Of a DNA stretch of 64,000 bases, positions 28,296-43,200 are shown one piece after another (position 1 is the stretch's first letter; every line of letters begins with the position of its first letter). This stretch comes from Phoronis australis (taxonomy: Eukaryota > Animalia > Phoronida). The stretch covers positions 297,065-361,064 of the forward strand of contig NMRA01000348.1 of NCBI GenBank assembly GCA_002633005.1, read 5' to 3'. The notes below the pieces were generated by a model that saw only the letters and a program-made list of their open reading frames with translations, searched no databases and was not told where the DNA came from. A program made the translations under genes and the position numbers.

Positions 28296-31200
28296 GCACA
28301 CACACACGCAGACGCAAATGCACACACAAATGTGTTTGTATGTGTGTGTGCGTGTGCGCAAGTGTGTGTGTCTGTGTCTTTCTGTCTGCATCTGTATGCG
28401 TGCCTGTAAGCTCACGTAGCGTGTGTGCGCGCCTGTATAAATGTATATATACAAACACGAACAACCTTGTGTAAAGAACATTTAAAACAACGTTAGAATA
28501 ACCACAAAATTATCCCACACAGCTGCCAGCACATCATGCCGTTTACGTTGTACGTTTATGAAACCGGACAAACCTCGTTGCCTGCGATTTCCAACAGCCT
28601 TTTATCTGTGATGGAATTGAGACGTGTCTGCAGAGTAGCTACAGAGCTGTTGGCATTGCTTCCGGTTGCTACAAAGACGTAATATAAATTCCGTTTAGGA
28701 ATAGAGAAAGTGGTTACTGCAGAGGATGTCTGTGGTCAACATGGTTTATTACACATGTCCCTTAAGATCTTTTGAGTGAGATGGAGTACGCTAACAAACT
28801 CATTGTACTTAGTTTTGTTACGGAACATACACCCTGTATCTGCCTTCCTTACCACAATCTATTTTCATAGCCAGCGTTTCTCGTAGCTTGGAACAAATAA
28901 CACCTATTACCAATCAACTATTCTACTACGTTCGAGGTGAACACGGATAAGGTTTCTGACGTGTTTTCTCATTACATGTTATCAACTGAATCTGGTACCG
29001 AGTGATCGTATCGCCATGCAATGTACTCAGGTGTAAGGCCATTGTCTCGGTTACTATCTAAACAAGCTATTTTATTTCAAACTCAATTCTTTGTTGTTTT
29101 TGCTGAAAAATATCGAATTTTTCATTTTATGTTAGACCGTTCGCAGGCAATTGTAAATGGTGACTGCAAAATTAGGTAGGACATTTTTGACCAGTCTCAG
29201 ATTGTGTTGACCCGTGTATCTACAAAATTATAATTTGTAACTTAGTAAAATAATTTCTTGGAAGACCCAGAAATTGCTTTTAAACTTTTCACTAATTTAA
29301 TTTTAACTGTGTCACGTGCCGAGGATTCATCAGTAAAACTCACAGAATTAAAAGATAAATTGGTAAAAAATAACCTGATCAAACATGATCAACTTTCACT
29401 TGAAGTAATTATTATTCAAGAAGAAATCTAAAAAAACCGATACAGTTTCCTAAATTATCATTTCGTTTACGCTCAATACCTTTTTGCTGAATGTCATAAA
29501 AACCTTATTTTTGATTGAACAATTTAAACATAATTCCTAATACCGTTTTTGATAAGAATGCTTAAAAGGAGGAACTTAAATTCCATTTGAATCCATGAAG
29601 CTATTTCTGAGATATGATGTTCCAAACTTAGCCAATTTTTGGCAGATTTCAAAAGGCCCTATACACGTGTGTAGAAAACCTTAAAATGGCGTAGACATCC
29701 TACACATTTTGGAGTTGACATGTGACTGAATGAGTGGCTTTAACTATAATTTTCAAATCTCTTAGCGCTACGAGGCTGTATTTATAAAACACTGTTGGAA
29801 TTGTTAATACTCACTGTTTTGCCCAGCAGCTATCTCGACGGTCCAATTGAATCTCAGCGTGTCACATTGGGCCTTGCGAATGTTGAACGCTCTCATTCTG
29901 AATGGGTTGCAACTCCCGACTTCCGGTGGACCGACAAGAATCGGAGTTGGGATCTGCAACAAATATTCAGAGCGACTTTGCCTTGAGTGATTTGACAGCA
30001 AAACTGGCCTTTTTGTCAAATAAGCAGGACTAACGTAAAAAACTGTAGCTGTAAATATGTCCAAGTTATTTTTTCATGAATAGAGTATTCTGCATTTACT
30101 ATACGAAAACAAAGGCGATATCTAAAACGGGATATTTCCAAAGTTTTACTTTGAATGTCCTTTTTGGCCACACAGGTAGGTAAATTTAGTTGCGTACCAT
30201 ATTTGAAAAAATTGGAAAAGTCCAGGCCTATATCTTTTTAATGTAAATAAAAATACACATACATGCGGTTGAACGCAAACTTCATTTGCCAACTAAGTTG
30301 TAATAATAAAATTTTAATTATGAAATCTTAAGCGTATTTTGCCAATATTATCTATAATGGTCAATTCGTATGTTACCAAAATCAACTCACCGACATTCCG
30401 CTGGGAGTTTGAAGATTCACGCCGCCTGTGGCGTAGTTTGGGGTATCGGCGTTTCTGCTTGCAATAGCGTTGCTGGCAAGTGTAATGGCATCTCCGGACT
30501 TTAGTGTCGCGGAAGAACCAAGAAGGATCACCATTCGTTTTCCGTAAATTCTACACGAAGCTCCTGAAAGTGCAGAATTATTGCTACTTGAAGGGTTGCA
30601 CCATGTCACGGCAGCAAACGCTCGCCTAAGCAGCAATTTATTTTTAGTTAAATATACATGCACATGTATGAATTTAAGCAACTATTCAAATCTCCAGTGT
30701 CCTACAGGCATGTTGGTCAATCAAATGGACACATGTGAGTTGAGTCACTAGTGCGGTGGACTTCTAAATGAAGCAACACAAGCCACGTTACCACATTGGC
30801 AAAAGCCCAATTCTTTGAACTGCGCTAACTAATCACTATTTATCAAATAGTGCCGGATACTCTATTTGAGTTGTCCTATAACTCGGTCAAACTTATGGAC
30901 AAACGCCACCGCCACACCTACTGCAGCTCCCTCTGTAGCCCACAACCACCGCAGCCACGACTACCACCGCCACAATCAAAACAACCACTACCACCACCAC
31001 CACTAACCCCACCTGCATCACTAGTGAGTAATTCCAAATTAAGAGACAGGAATTTAAACATTCCTCATACACACTTACGTGGTACAGTTTCAGTTTTTAA
31101 TAAAGAATACGACTAACCTGTGCCGATTTTACCGGTGGTCGAGCTGTCAAGTAAGTCTGAACACGTATACTCGAATTTGTTCTTCCCTGCATTTCTGATG

Positions 31201-34200
31201 GATTTGCTCGTCTCGACGTTAATGTCAAACTCCATCAGTACTTTACAAGGGGACTTGGCGTCAAGGACAGCATTGCGAAGCACGGGCTTCGGCGCGTTGA
31301 TACTGAACGTGGTCGTGCTGAGGCTGAAATTAACATATACATATATTAGGGTGAAAAACCAATACCAACGTACTTCTATATGCAATGCAACTGTGTCTAT
31401 AGTGTTCCTGTGCGAGAAATCTCACAGGCAACGTAAAAACAAACTAACTGAATCCAAGAGTAAGACACGGACCTAGATATGAATGGAACCAACGCACGAC
31501 TAATCATTTAATAATGCATTCATGGGTTACGATATTTAAAGGGAATTATAGTATAACAAACAATCTTTACTCAAGTGGAGTTTTATGGTATTTAAGCTCA
31601 TGACACAGAGAGAAAATATGATGATCACAGGCATAGTAATTGAATTGGTAAAAGATGAACCGGTTGCCATTAAGCAACTTGCCACATCAATGACGTGTTA
31701 TATATGTTCTGCCTAACCTAGAATTCGCAGAATCACGAAATGAACGGTATCTTACTGAGAAATATCCCCGGGCTCCGGCATGCCCACGATCACACCGACT
31801 TGGGCTGTTATAGCTTGCTGGACACCAGCTGCCCTGCCGAAATCGCATTCAACCAGTGTATCGCTGAAACGAGTGGCCGGGAAACGGATTAGCGGAAGCT
31901 TCGAGACACATTCTCTGGCTTCCAGCTTCGGCGGGCATTTGGCAAAGCATTCCACGAACCCAGTGTCGACAAATCCTGCACCAGTTACGTTGATCTGTAA
32001 ATACACACAATAGTCGATAAAAATCAAATCACCAGAAGACATTTACGGACATTTTTGCTTGGTATTAGACATGTACAACAAGTAATTAAATGGCTATAAA
32101 ATTGCGCATACCTAAGCCTACGTCGAGCCGTTCAGACGTTTCTAACTATATTCTTGGCTACGAACAAACGTTCAAATTCACGAGTTCTCTAAAACTACAA
32201 AACAAATTAACTAACTTGGAATGCGCAAGCCATAATAGACAGATTCAATTGTAGTTGTTATTGGTACAAAAACTTGTCTCATTTGTGATAAAAGTCGCCC
32301 ATTTCTGTGATGCCGAGGCTATCTACATCAACCAGCATACATGTACCACGAGTTTTACACGTTTATTAAGATGTATCCGACACTATATTTTAGAATGTTA
32401 CTAGCCTGACATGTCGTGGTAATTGAAAATGTTAACCTCCATCGTTACCTTGACTTTTTTCTCCTTCAAATTCATCGAAACCTTACTCAGCGAGTTGACG
32501 ACAACTGGTGAAACTACGGTGACGTCCTCACTTGTCTCTTTTGTAACTTCTGATCCTGCGCTGTCTTGAAGTACACACGTTATTTTGTACTTGCCAGCGG
32601 CAGTGTTATTGGCGATCAGCCCGCGCAACTGGTCTTCATTGTTTCTTGTTTCAGAAACTACGTTCAAATCAACCTGAAAGACCGACGAACCAATCTAGTT
32701 ATGCAAAATTCTAACCTTGCAAAACGTCACATGAAGCAATTGTATGTTTCCACAATCATACTGAAATAAAACCGAATGGTCATCAGTACAGTAGTTTTGC
32801 AGCAGTTCAAAATGTAAAGCACACCAACTGTGACGGTATGTTTTATTGCATATGGTTGAACAGCTAGGTCTAAATCACTATGTAATCGTCTATCAACAAT
32901 GGATGGGAACCTCATATTATATCACAGCAATACAAAAAATACACGTTTAGTGAATGAAAAGTTATCCTTATCTCATAAAATATAATAGTTCAAACAAAAC
33001 TTTATGTAAAATTCTCACATTGGTGCCCTTCAACTTGCAAGATTTCACCGTGAACGTTTTCAGGAAGTCGGCACTTGTAGAGACGTAAACTGTCGCAGCT
33101 TTACCAGCAGTCAAATACACCACTTTTGGGGATGTTTGCCCGAGGGCAGAACAGCCTGAGAAAAATAGCAAACATTTCAAGTTTAGCACCCTGTATTAAA
33201 CGGGAAGCAGTGATAATTCTTATCAATGTCGACTTAAGAAAATGACTCTGGAGAAATATAGATTTTAATCAACAGCTGTTAAGTTTACTTTTTAGGATAT
33301 GACGGTTTCAAACGATAAATTGACATAATTGTCCCTGTCGGCAGTGCGGAGCTTTCCGAATTTATGCCGGCGTACAGCTGGCGATATCGTGTCAAGGTCA
33401 ACAGACGCAGCAGTTGAATAAGACAAAAGTCCAAAAATTAAAGAAAATAAAGCTTTGCAATGAATTTAAGAAATATCAATTTTGATAGAGGAAGAAACAG
33501 TCAAGCATAACACGTCAATGTTTCAGGGCATTATCGGCGATCAGCAGTTCAATTAACGGAAGTATACATACCTTTATTGAAGTTGGGGTCTTTTGGCGAC
33601 AGGCATTTGCCACATGCGTCCGAGATTTTGCCACCCCAAGGGACTCCCGCGCAGTCTACACATTTATTAGAACCCTGGCACGTACCGCACTGGTCTTTTC
33701 CCGCGTTTTTGTCGCTCGAGCAAATTCCACAACTGGAACATGATATCGATGGAATGACAAAATATCATATTCAACTTTTAAATAGTTCTATGGAGATATG
33801 ACGAACACACATACATGTAGCATCACGTGAAAATAAACTCGTTACGTCAATGCATACATGTGTCAGTGAACCTTGTTTGGCAAAACTGACCTGCCAGCAA
33901 ACACAGGTTATGGAAGGTTTTGCCTGCATACACACCTAGTTGTATATTAACAATTTACCGGATATTAAAACATAGTCTTTCTGTACATTCAAAGTTACTT
34001 TTTTAAAACAACGCAATGATGTTCCTATATATCTTTCGTTTATCTTAAAAGTGGTTGATGTGATCTGCCTTGCAGCGACTGACTGCCATCAAAGTTCGGC
34101 GCCTAATACTAACCCTTAGAAACAAGGAAGTATTGATAATAATGCGTTTTCTGTTCTTTTCAGATCTATAATCTCACCTGATAGGAGTATAACTGATGCA

Positions 34201-37200
34201 GAGCGTGCCTAAAATCACGCACAGCGATGTTTATTGCAACTTTCCATTGAGACACAATGTGTGTGTGTGTGTAAGAAGTTTAAACAGAGAACCCCTGGGA
34301 ACCAATACTAACACGCTTATGATCTTATCACTTCCGAAGACCCCGTCACAGAAGCGTTCTTTGATTATTGCACTTTCGTCAACGCCTTTCTTTAGGCACA
34401 AATGTGTCCCCATTTCGTACAGACGTTCGCAGTTGCCGGCACAGTCGGCAGACGCTCCGGGCTTCACCCCGGTGTTTCCGCCAGTACAGTTCCCACATCT
34501 GTCGTACTTCGCGCCTGCAACGAAGACGGATATTTTATGCCAATGTACAAATAAACCACACCCGGGAACTTAACAATAAAATCGGGGTTCATCAATGTAC
34601 AAAGCAGCGGCCGGGTTTAGGGAGATTGATTCCTGCTCCTAAACAGTAAGTGCGTGGACATCCTAAGCATTTTAGGCCTTTTGTAACTATAAAAGGCTTC
34701 TGGTTGTTGGTCCCCCTTAAAGCTGTATATGTCCCCTCGATCAATAATAAAAGCTCTCAAGAGGAAGTTCGTTTGACGATCTCACGATTGTGCTAACATT
34801 TAAAGCGGCTACACGTCCTTGTTGATTGCATAGTGTTGATTTAATGTACTTGCCACTAAACACTGGTGTCAACTTGCTCCTCAGGAGTAACTTACTCAGT
34901 GAGAAGGATTTCTGCGTTTGCAAAGAAGGTTATTTCTTGAGATCATGCTCGGCTCAAAAGCAACACGCTCTCAGGCATGGCAAGTGGTAGAGTCTGGCCT
35001 CATACCATAACATAATTGTCAGTTCGTTCAAAGAACTTGTAAGCCTATCGGCTTTACAGTAATTTAACAAAATAATAATTTGCGACCAATTTCATCACGG
35101 CAAATAGTTTAAATCAGAAGTCGGGAGGCGGATTTAGTGAAATCTCTAGCCCTACATGTCATGCCACGATTTCAAAACTCGTACCTCCTTTAATAGTGCC
35201 GCTGCAGTCAACGCATTTGTCAACACCTCCACACACGCCACATCTGTCGACTTGTGCGACGGATCCAATCCTGCCGTCGCACCCAAGTCGATGAATGACA
35301 AGGGAGATAATACCGATACCATATGCGGAACTGTCGCCACAAGCCTATAATGTAAAGAAGGTGCTATAAAAGAGGCTTATGACTTAACCAGTCATGATTC
35401 GATTGTCGCGCATGACGGTCATAAAGGATAACAAGCACAAACGGATTGTCGCATTCGGGTTTGTACAGGCTTGATGATATGTGAGAGTAATGGAGCGCGT
35501 CGTTTTCAGCGCAAAAATGTTGATACGTGGTGTAATCTGTGGACACAAATCAATTAGATTATTTGCCAAAAACAACACATCATATTCATGTAGAACAAAG
35601 AAAAGACTGAGCTCCAGCTCAAATAATTAACAAACGTGACTTTCAGTTCGAAAAAAATTCAGCATACGATAATAACATATGCCAATCTGAATGTGCAATT
35701 CGTATTGTTTTGTCAAGACAATTCGGTCGACTAATGAGATCACTAGCTAATCACTCAATAAAATCATAAGAATGGGTAATATGTATGACGTTATCAGAAT
35801 GTTCTATGTATGTAAGCAAATCATGGAGGCTAGTGCCTTCGTTCTGGAGCCCTACTGTTCCGGTACTAATGCAGCACACAGTTACTGCAGGTAAGATAAC
35901 CCTATCTTTCAGGTTTTTGTCCGATTCTAGAATGCAATAATCAGATAGCCCACATGCATGTAAAGGCGTGCTGTGCCCATGGAGCCTGTGATATACATGT
36001 ACGTGTAGGTTTCATAACGATGCAGTGTATAACTGACATCTGCAAAAGTACCTGGATTTGACAAGTGTACGTGAAAATTTGGTGCGCGATGAGTTTACTC
36101 CTTAAAATAAGTCCTAGAGCTGTCAGGATAACCGGATGCCTGAAGGGATACTTGAATTAAGAATATTCCATGGGAACTCAGTAATATAACGTGCTGGCGT
36201 TTTACTCCTACCCTGTGTATGCCTGACACGCCGTAAAATGTAATGATTTCGCAAAATGTAACAACTGTTACTGGCAACGCAAAGTGTAACAATGCTATAA
36301 AATGTAACAGTTGTTACATTATAGCATTGTTACACTTTGCTTCTAAAATGTAAATAAGTTGTTGCATTTTACGTAATTGTTGAATTTACGTCGCATGCAA
36401 GACATTGTCCATTGTTAGAGTTTACAAAACCAACGCTATATCACAAAGCAGGTGACCAAAATCAAGAACAAGTGGAATCTGACAAGGCCGAGGGTACTCG
36501 AGTATTTTTGGACGAGGGGTGAAACCCGAAAATTTGGATACCCACCCATTTAGAGGATCGGCTCGTACAAAACAGTGACCCAAATTTTGTGTAAATCACT
36601 ACAAGAAATAATTCTGTGTTGCTCGTGATACGGATATTTTTAACTTCAAAATTTTTACTACGTGACAGCAGAATTGTTGGTAAATTGAACCTCTGTGGAG
36701 TTATGATTTACATTCTAAACATAAAAACTCACTTTTGAAATTTACCGAATGACCTTCAACAATTTTGGGATACCAAATGTGATTCCAAAGAATTATCAGT
36801 ACAAATTCTGGAAATTTACCAAATGATAAATGCTCTTCTTGTGAGGATGAGTCAGATCTTTTGCATTTGTACTGGTTTTGCAATATTGAGCAGTGTTGAT
36901 GGCGTTTACTGAATGGATTTGTTTAAAGAAGATGGGTCATTTGAGGTAACGCCCGATTGTATATTTTAACTATTCGATGGGTGTGAAATACGTAAATTAA
37001 TACTTTGTCTTAGGAAACTATGCTTATACAGAAGGCTAGAAAATTAACCAAATTTAGAAGTTGCCGAAATGGAAACCATCAGTTATCATGGTGTAGATAA
37101 ATGAATATTTTAATCACAATAAAAATTCTTGGACAGGTCGACCCCTTTGTCGTACATGTATTTAGTTCTCTTAGGTATTTAGCTGTTCCCCAATGTGTGT

Positions 37201-40200
37201 GTGCGCGTGTGTGGAGCAGGACAATTATTGCATTACCGGTGACCTCATGGCAATAAAACACTGACTAAATTAAACCAGACTAATTCAAACGGGTGATTTT
37301 TCTGTCAAATTGACTTCCTAAATTGAATTCTCTTTGAAAAAAAAAATGTTTTGGTCGGATTTTCTCACTGAAATTCGACAATGGCTATCCAAAATACATG
37401 TACGATGTCATACATTCTGTTGTGCTTACCAAGAGTATGTTTACTGTAATGCCAGTTACACAATTCGTTTACGACGAGTGTGCGCAAACAAAAGATTGCA
37501 AGGAAGCTTTAACTGGTTACCTAATCCTGGAAACTCTTTTAGTCTGGAGTTGAAACTGCATGGGCCACATTTACGACTACACCAGAAAAGTATTTATATT
37601 AAAAAACAATAAAAAGCACATCAGGACGCATCTATAAACTCGACCTGGCACATCAACAGAATTTCATTCAAACTATCCGAGAACGAAACCGTTAAATGTG
37701 TGAATCGTTTTTCTTCGTGTGACAAATACATGCAAACTCATAAAATAGGACGTCATTTTCGTAAAATGTAACAATGGTGCATTTCTTTCATGTGCATTCC
37801 ACGTAATGTTCAACAATTACATAAACTGTCACAGCTTATTACAGTTCAGGAGAGGCCGGGCAATGTAAAATGCAACAATGCCGTAAAATGAGCAATTGCT
37901 ACATTTTACGAAATCGTTACATTATACGTTTTACCGGAGTTTGTCAAAGTGGAACATCACTGTCTATCCTGCGTGACATGGATCTTGAGTCGTGTGGTCA
38001 TGGGAAAGAATGTGCGATCAAATTTCTTCGTACGATTTTTGGGTGCTTTTCATACTGCACCCAATATGTACTTACAGGCGGTAGGCAGATCGGCTGCGGA
38101 AGAGAAACATTGGATCTCGCAGTCTTGTTGTCGCTCATATCCCAAGCAGTGAAGAACAAGTTTGTATATTGATACGACTCGGAAATTCTCCATACGCCAC
38201 TGAAAAAGAAATTATGCAAATGGAACGTATAACAAGCGGAAATTCACTTCAAGGTGACACAGTGAGCAACAGATAATCTGTTATTATATCTTATCATGGA
38301 ATGCGAATCCTGGTGCAAAACAAATTGTTGGTTGGACTAACGATCTTCATTCACTATTTTTTGCATGCAGAGTGAAAAAACTGAAGTCGAATTACAACTT
38401 TTAGATAACCGGCGCTGCCTTACTTTACGGAGACTCTCAGAACAATTTTCAACGAAGCTCAATTGACTTCCANATATCACAAAGCAGATGACCAAAATCA
38501 AGAACAAGTGGAATCTGACAAGGCCGAGGGTACTCGAGTATTTTTGGACGAGGGGTGAAACCCGAAAATTTGGATACCCACCCATTTAGAGGATCGGCTC
38601 GGACAAAACAGTGACCCAAATTTTGTGTAAATCACTAAAAGAAATAATTCTGTGTTGCTCGTGATACGCATGTTTTTAACTTCAAGAAGAATGATTTCAA
38701 AGTGAACCTTGGATTTTTGGCCTGAAATTTTCACTACGTGACAGCAGAATTGTTGGTAAATTGAACCTCTGTGGAGTTGTGATTTACATTCTAAACATAA
38801 AAACTCACTTTTGAAATTTACCGAATGTCCTTCAACAATTTTGGGATACCAAATGTGATTCCAAAGAATTATCAGTACAAATTCTAGAAATTTACCAAAT
38901 GATAAATGCTCTTCTTGTGAGGATGAGTCAGATCTTCTTTTGCATTTGTACTGGTTTTGCAATATTGAGCAGTGTTGATGGCGTTTACTGAATGGATTTG
39001 TTTAAAGAAGATGGGTCATTTGAGGTAACGCCCGATTGTATATTTTAACTATTCGATGGGTGTGTACTACGTAAATTAATACTTTGTCTTAGGAAACTAT
39101 GCTTATACAGAAGGCTAGAAAATTAACCAAATTTAGAAGTTGCCGAAATGGAAACCATCAGTTATCATGGTGTAGATAAATGAATATTTTAATCACAATA
39201 AAAATTCTTGGACAAGTCGACTCCTTTGTCGTACATGTATTTAGTTCTCTTAGGTATTTAGCTGTTCCCCAATATGTGTGTGCGCGTGTGTGGAGCAGGA
39301 CAATTATTGCATTACCGGTGACCTCATGGCAATAAAACACTCACTAAATTAAACCAGACTAATTTAAACAGGTAATTTTTCTGTCAAATTGACTTTCTAA
39401 ATTGAATTCTCTTTGAAAAAAATTGTTTTGGTCGGATTTTTTCACTGAAATTTGATAATGGCTATCCAAAATACATGTACGATGTCATACATTCTGTTGT
39501 GCTTACCAAGAGTATGTTTACTGTAATGCCAGTTACACAATTCGTTTATGACGAGTGTGCGCAAACAAAAGATTGCAAGGAAGCTTTAACTGGTTACCTA
39601 ATCCTGGAAACTCTTTTAGTCTGGAGTTGAAACTGCATGGGCCACATTTACGACTGCACCAGAAAAGTATTTATATTAAAAAACAATGGAAAGCACAGCA
39701 GGACGCATCTATAAACTCGACCTGGCACATCATCATTCAAACTATCCGAGAACGAAACCGTTAAATGTGTGAACCGTTTTTCTTCGTGTGACAAATACAT
39801 GCAAACTCATAAAATAGGACGTCATTTTCGTAAAATGTAACAATGGTGCATTTCTTTCATGTGTATTCCACGTAATGTTCAACAATTACATAAACTGTCA
39901 CAGCTTATTACTGTTTAGGAGAGGCCGGGCAATGTAAAATGCAACAATGCCGTAAAATGAGCAATTGCTACATTTTACGAAATCGTTACATTATACGTTT
40001 TACAGGAGTTTGTCAAAGTGGCCCATCACTGTCTATCTTGCGTGACATGGATCTTGAGTCGTGTGGTCATGGGAAAGAATGTGCGATCAAATTTCTTCGT
40101 ACGCTTTTTGGGTGCTTTTCATACTGCACCCAATATGTACTTACAGGCGGTAGGCAGATCGGCTGCGGAAGAGAAACATTGGATCTCGCAGTCTTGTTGT

Positions 40201-43200
40201 CGCTCATATCCCAAGCAGTGAAGAACAAGTTTGTATATTGATACGACTCGGAAATTCTCCATACGCCACTGAAAAAGAAATTATGCAAATGGAACGTATA
40301 ACAAGCGGAAATTCACTTCAAGGTGACACAGTGAGCAATAGATAATCTGTTATTATGTCTTATCATGGAATGCGAATCCTGGTGCAAAACAAATTGTTGG
40401 TTGGACTAACGATCTTCCTTCACTATTTTTTGCATGCAGAGTGAAAAAACTGAAGTCGAATTACAACTTTTAGATAACCGGCGCTGCCTTACTTTACGGA
40501 GACTCTCAGAACAATTTTCAACGAAGCTCAATTGACTTCCAAAGTTGTGTGGTTCCCACTGACAGTCTGTTTTTCCTACTGTATAAAGAAGCCCAATAAG
40601 ACTATTAATTCAAAACCGTTGACTTCTAGCTCAACACTTGCAACGAAACGGCAGGTCATCGCCACAGATTCTAAAGCAGGAGATAATTAAATGGGACGCA
40701 AAACACTAGGAAGAAGCTGATGTGCTCCTACTGACATGAATTCTCATGAAGTTAATTAAGTGCAAGGTTCGTCATTTCCTGTGACGTACAACTGTCCCAA
40801 CAAAACAGTTTATGTTACATAACAATTCCGGGACATCTTGTGTTGTTGTTTACTATGTCACTGACCAGTGTCTAATCAGAGTGAAACTCTATACAGCCTG
40901 GTCACTTATTTTCAAGGCAATATAGAGCATGTAAACAAAAAAGGTAAACCCATTGTCACTCTGGTACTCGAGTTAAACATTATAACAGATGAACATCTAT
41001 GTGTACCTACATGTAGATTACCAGCGGACAACTCACCCAGAAGAGTTATATCGAATTCTGTAATTAGGGGGCAGCAGTAGAGCTGTGACATTGATGTTGT
41101 ATTCCATAACTTTATGGACGGAGTTTAGTGAAAATATATCTTCAGGGTATTCTCCGGTCAACTTCTTGATATTGCTCTGTGTGAATCGAGGCACCTTCTG
41201 CAGTTCTGTGACGATATCTACCCAGTTGCCTCCTGGCGATTGATACTGAAATTTTCCTGGAACACCCAAACATGTTTTAGTGCTAAAACGCACAGATATT
41301 GACCAGTAATTGATGATCGTGTAAAATACTAATTAGAACATTGAAGGAAAAGTAATGGTAAATCAAGTTAACGTTACCCTGGAGTAGAACCCATTCGAAA
41401 CCAAATGCTAGCATCAAAACTCAATGAATGTTTTCAAATTAAGTGTTATTGCACGAACATGTACTGCGTTTGTTATTACCTAGAACTCAAAAGGTAGACC
41501 GGTGTGCATTGGTACCTAACTATCTTTGGTATAATAAACAACGACAAATAGCGTATGGATGAACGTGACTCGTTAAAAACATATTTGTCCAATTCCAACA
41601 TTCGCCCCCACCTCATCAAGAGATAAGTCATGGCGCTAACCTTTCACACTCTCTTGAGCTACAAGTACAGCCATTCCTGTTCCGCGCCCATCGTCGTCCG
41701 AGTCCTCGAAGAAGGTTGCAACGAGGTCTTTGACCATTATACCTTTGTTCTTCGACGGCTCGAACGGGACCAACAAGTCTTGCGGGGTCTTGGGACTGTT
41801 TCCAGTAAGTATCTCAAGTTGAGTCTTAGGACGCATGACAGGCGCATCATTCTGATCTTGTACCTTTGTAAATGCAAAATTTCGAGTGCTGATGATTACA
41901 ACGGTCAAGCAAGAAACCCAAGTCAATGAAGAGATGCAATGCTGATTCCAACAGAAACAATTAATTAATGGTTACACTGTTCCTACCTAATTACGTTTAA
42001 GTTGATATGCGTCCAGTCCGAGGCCCGGGGTCTAATCTTTTTATACGGACCTGGGTTACCAGTCCAAGCTACATTACCATTTATAGCCTTGTTAAGTTAA
42101 CGTTGCCATGGCATAGAGAGTTTGCAAGAAAAGAACTTGTATCCACGGAGACCACAGGTCTATAATTATAGGAGATAATTGTCTTGGTATTTTAGTTGCT
42201 TCGTAAAACAATAACCATTTGTAAAACCCTTTTACCTGAAATTCTAAAACCGTCAGGTTACCGCTGATATCCCATGGTTTCGGGAATTGGAACGGATTCT
42301 GAAAGGTGTCCTTGAGGTATGGGCGTACGGTGAGACGGATAATGCCGGTGAAGTCTTTTGTAGGTCGCAGAGTTATTATGCTCCTGGCTCCGACAGGCGT
42401 AAATACCTTTTGTGCCAACCTTCTTCCCGCTGGATAAAACACCACAGTTTATGTTCAGTTACTCGTGACGTCCTTAACGTATTCGACAATAACAAAATAC
42501 ACTTACCAATTTCTTTCGAAAAATGCATGCGACTCTGGCACATCTATCTATTGTCGTGATGTTGCACGTCGCTGCACGATTTAAAGCACTGTGATTATGT
42601 CTAGATTAATGTACATTTTGTATTCTAAATGCATGATCACACTTTCACTCCAAATCCATTATGTCATAACCACAACATAGCTTGAAGCTGGCAGTTCAAT
42701 TAAGCCACTGCCGGAATAGCCAGTGCACCAACACCACTAGTTGAACAGCGTTGAACATATCTTACCGACGGTAAACGTGCCGTTGATGTCCTTGTAACTC
42801 GTTGGTATATCGGTGGGGCCAACTAATAGCATCGCCTCCTCTTTATCCTTGCGAGTCCCCAGCATTTTAACATACTGATCAATCATGGCTGCATCCGCTT
42901 CACCAAGGAGGGGTACCACTTTGGAATCGAGTCCTTTGTTAAAAAAAAAAAAATTCCTTTCGTGACTGGCATTATGAACGGGAACTCATTACAAATCACA
43001 AACATTTCAAGTGTCGTCTGCTCGCCACCTATTGGCCACATGAGGTGACCTAACTAACATACAAAGAAAATCTTGTCCTGGTAGCCTTTCATTGTTCTCT
43101 TCACTTGAGGCTACCAGAGATCCACCCCGAAAGAATGAAACAGTGCATTCAAAACAAACCAAGTTCATAGCAGTTTTTATTAAAACTCCATAAAAACACA

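Noticed and set aside
28123-28481. Four ORFs with HT/VC dipeptide runs
   Set aside because: Translations of the (CA)n/(TG)n microsatellite inside an intron.
36095-40288. Paired duplicate ORFs (MQNQYKCK..., MFYCHEVT..., MQQCRKMS...) as a duplicated gene set
   Set aside because: Chance ORFs copied by the 2-kb duplication; only the 124-nt exon is supported as coding.
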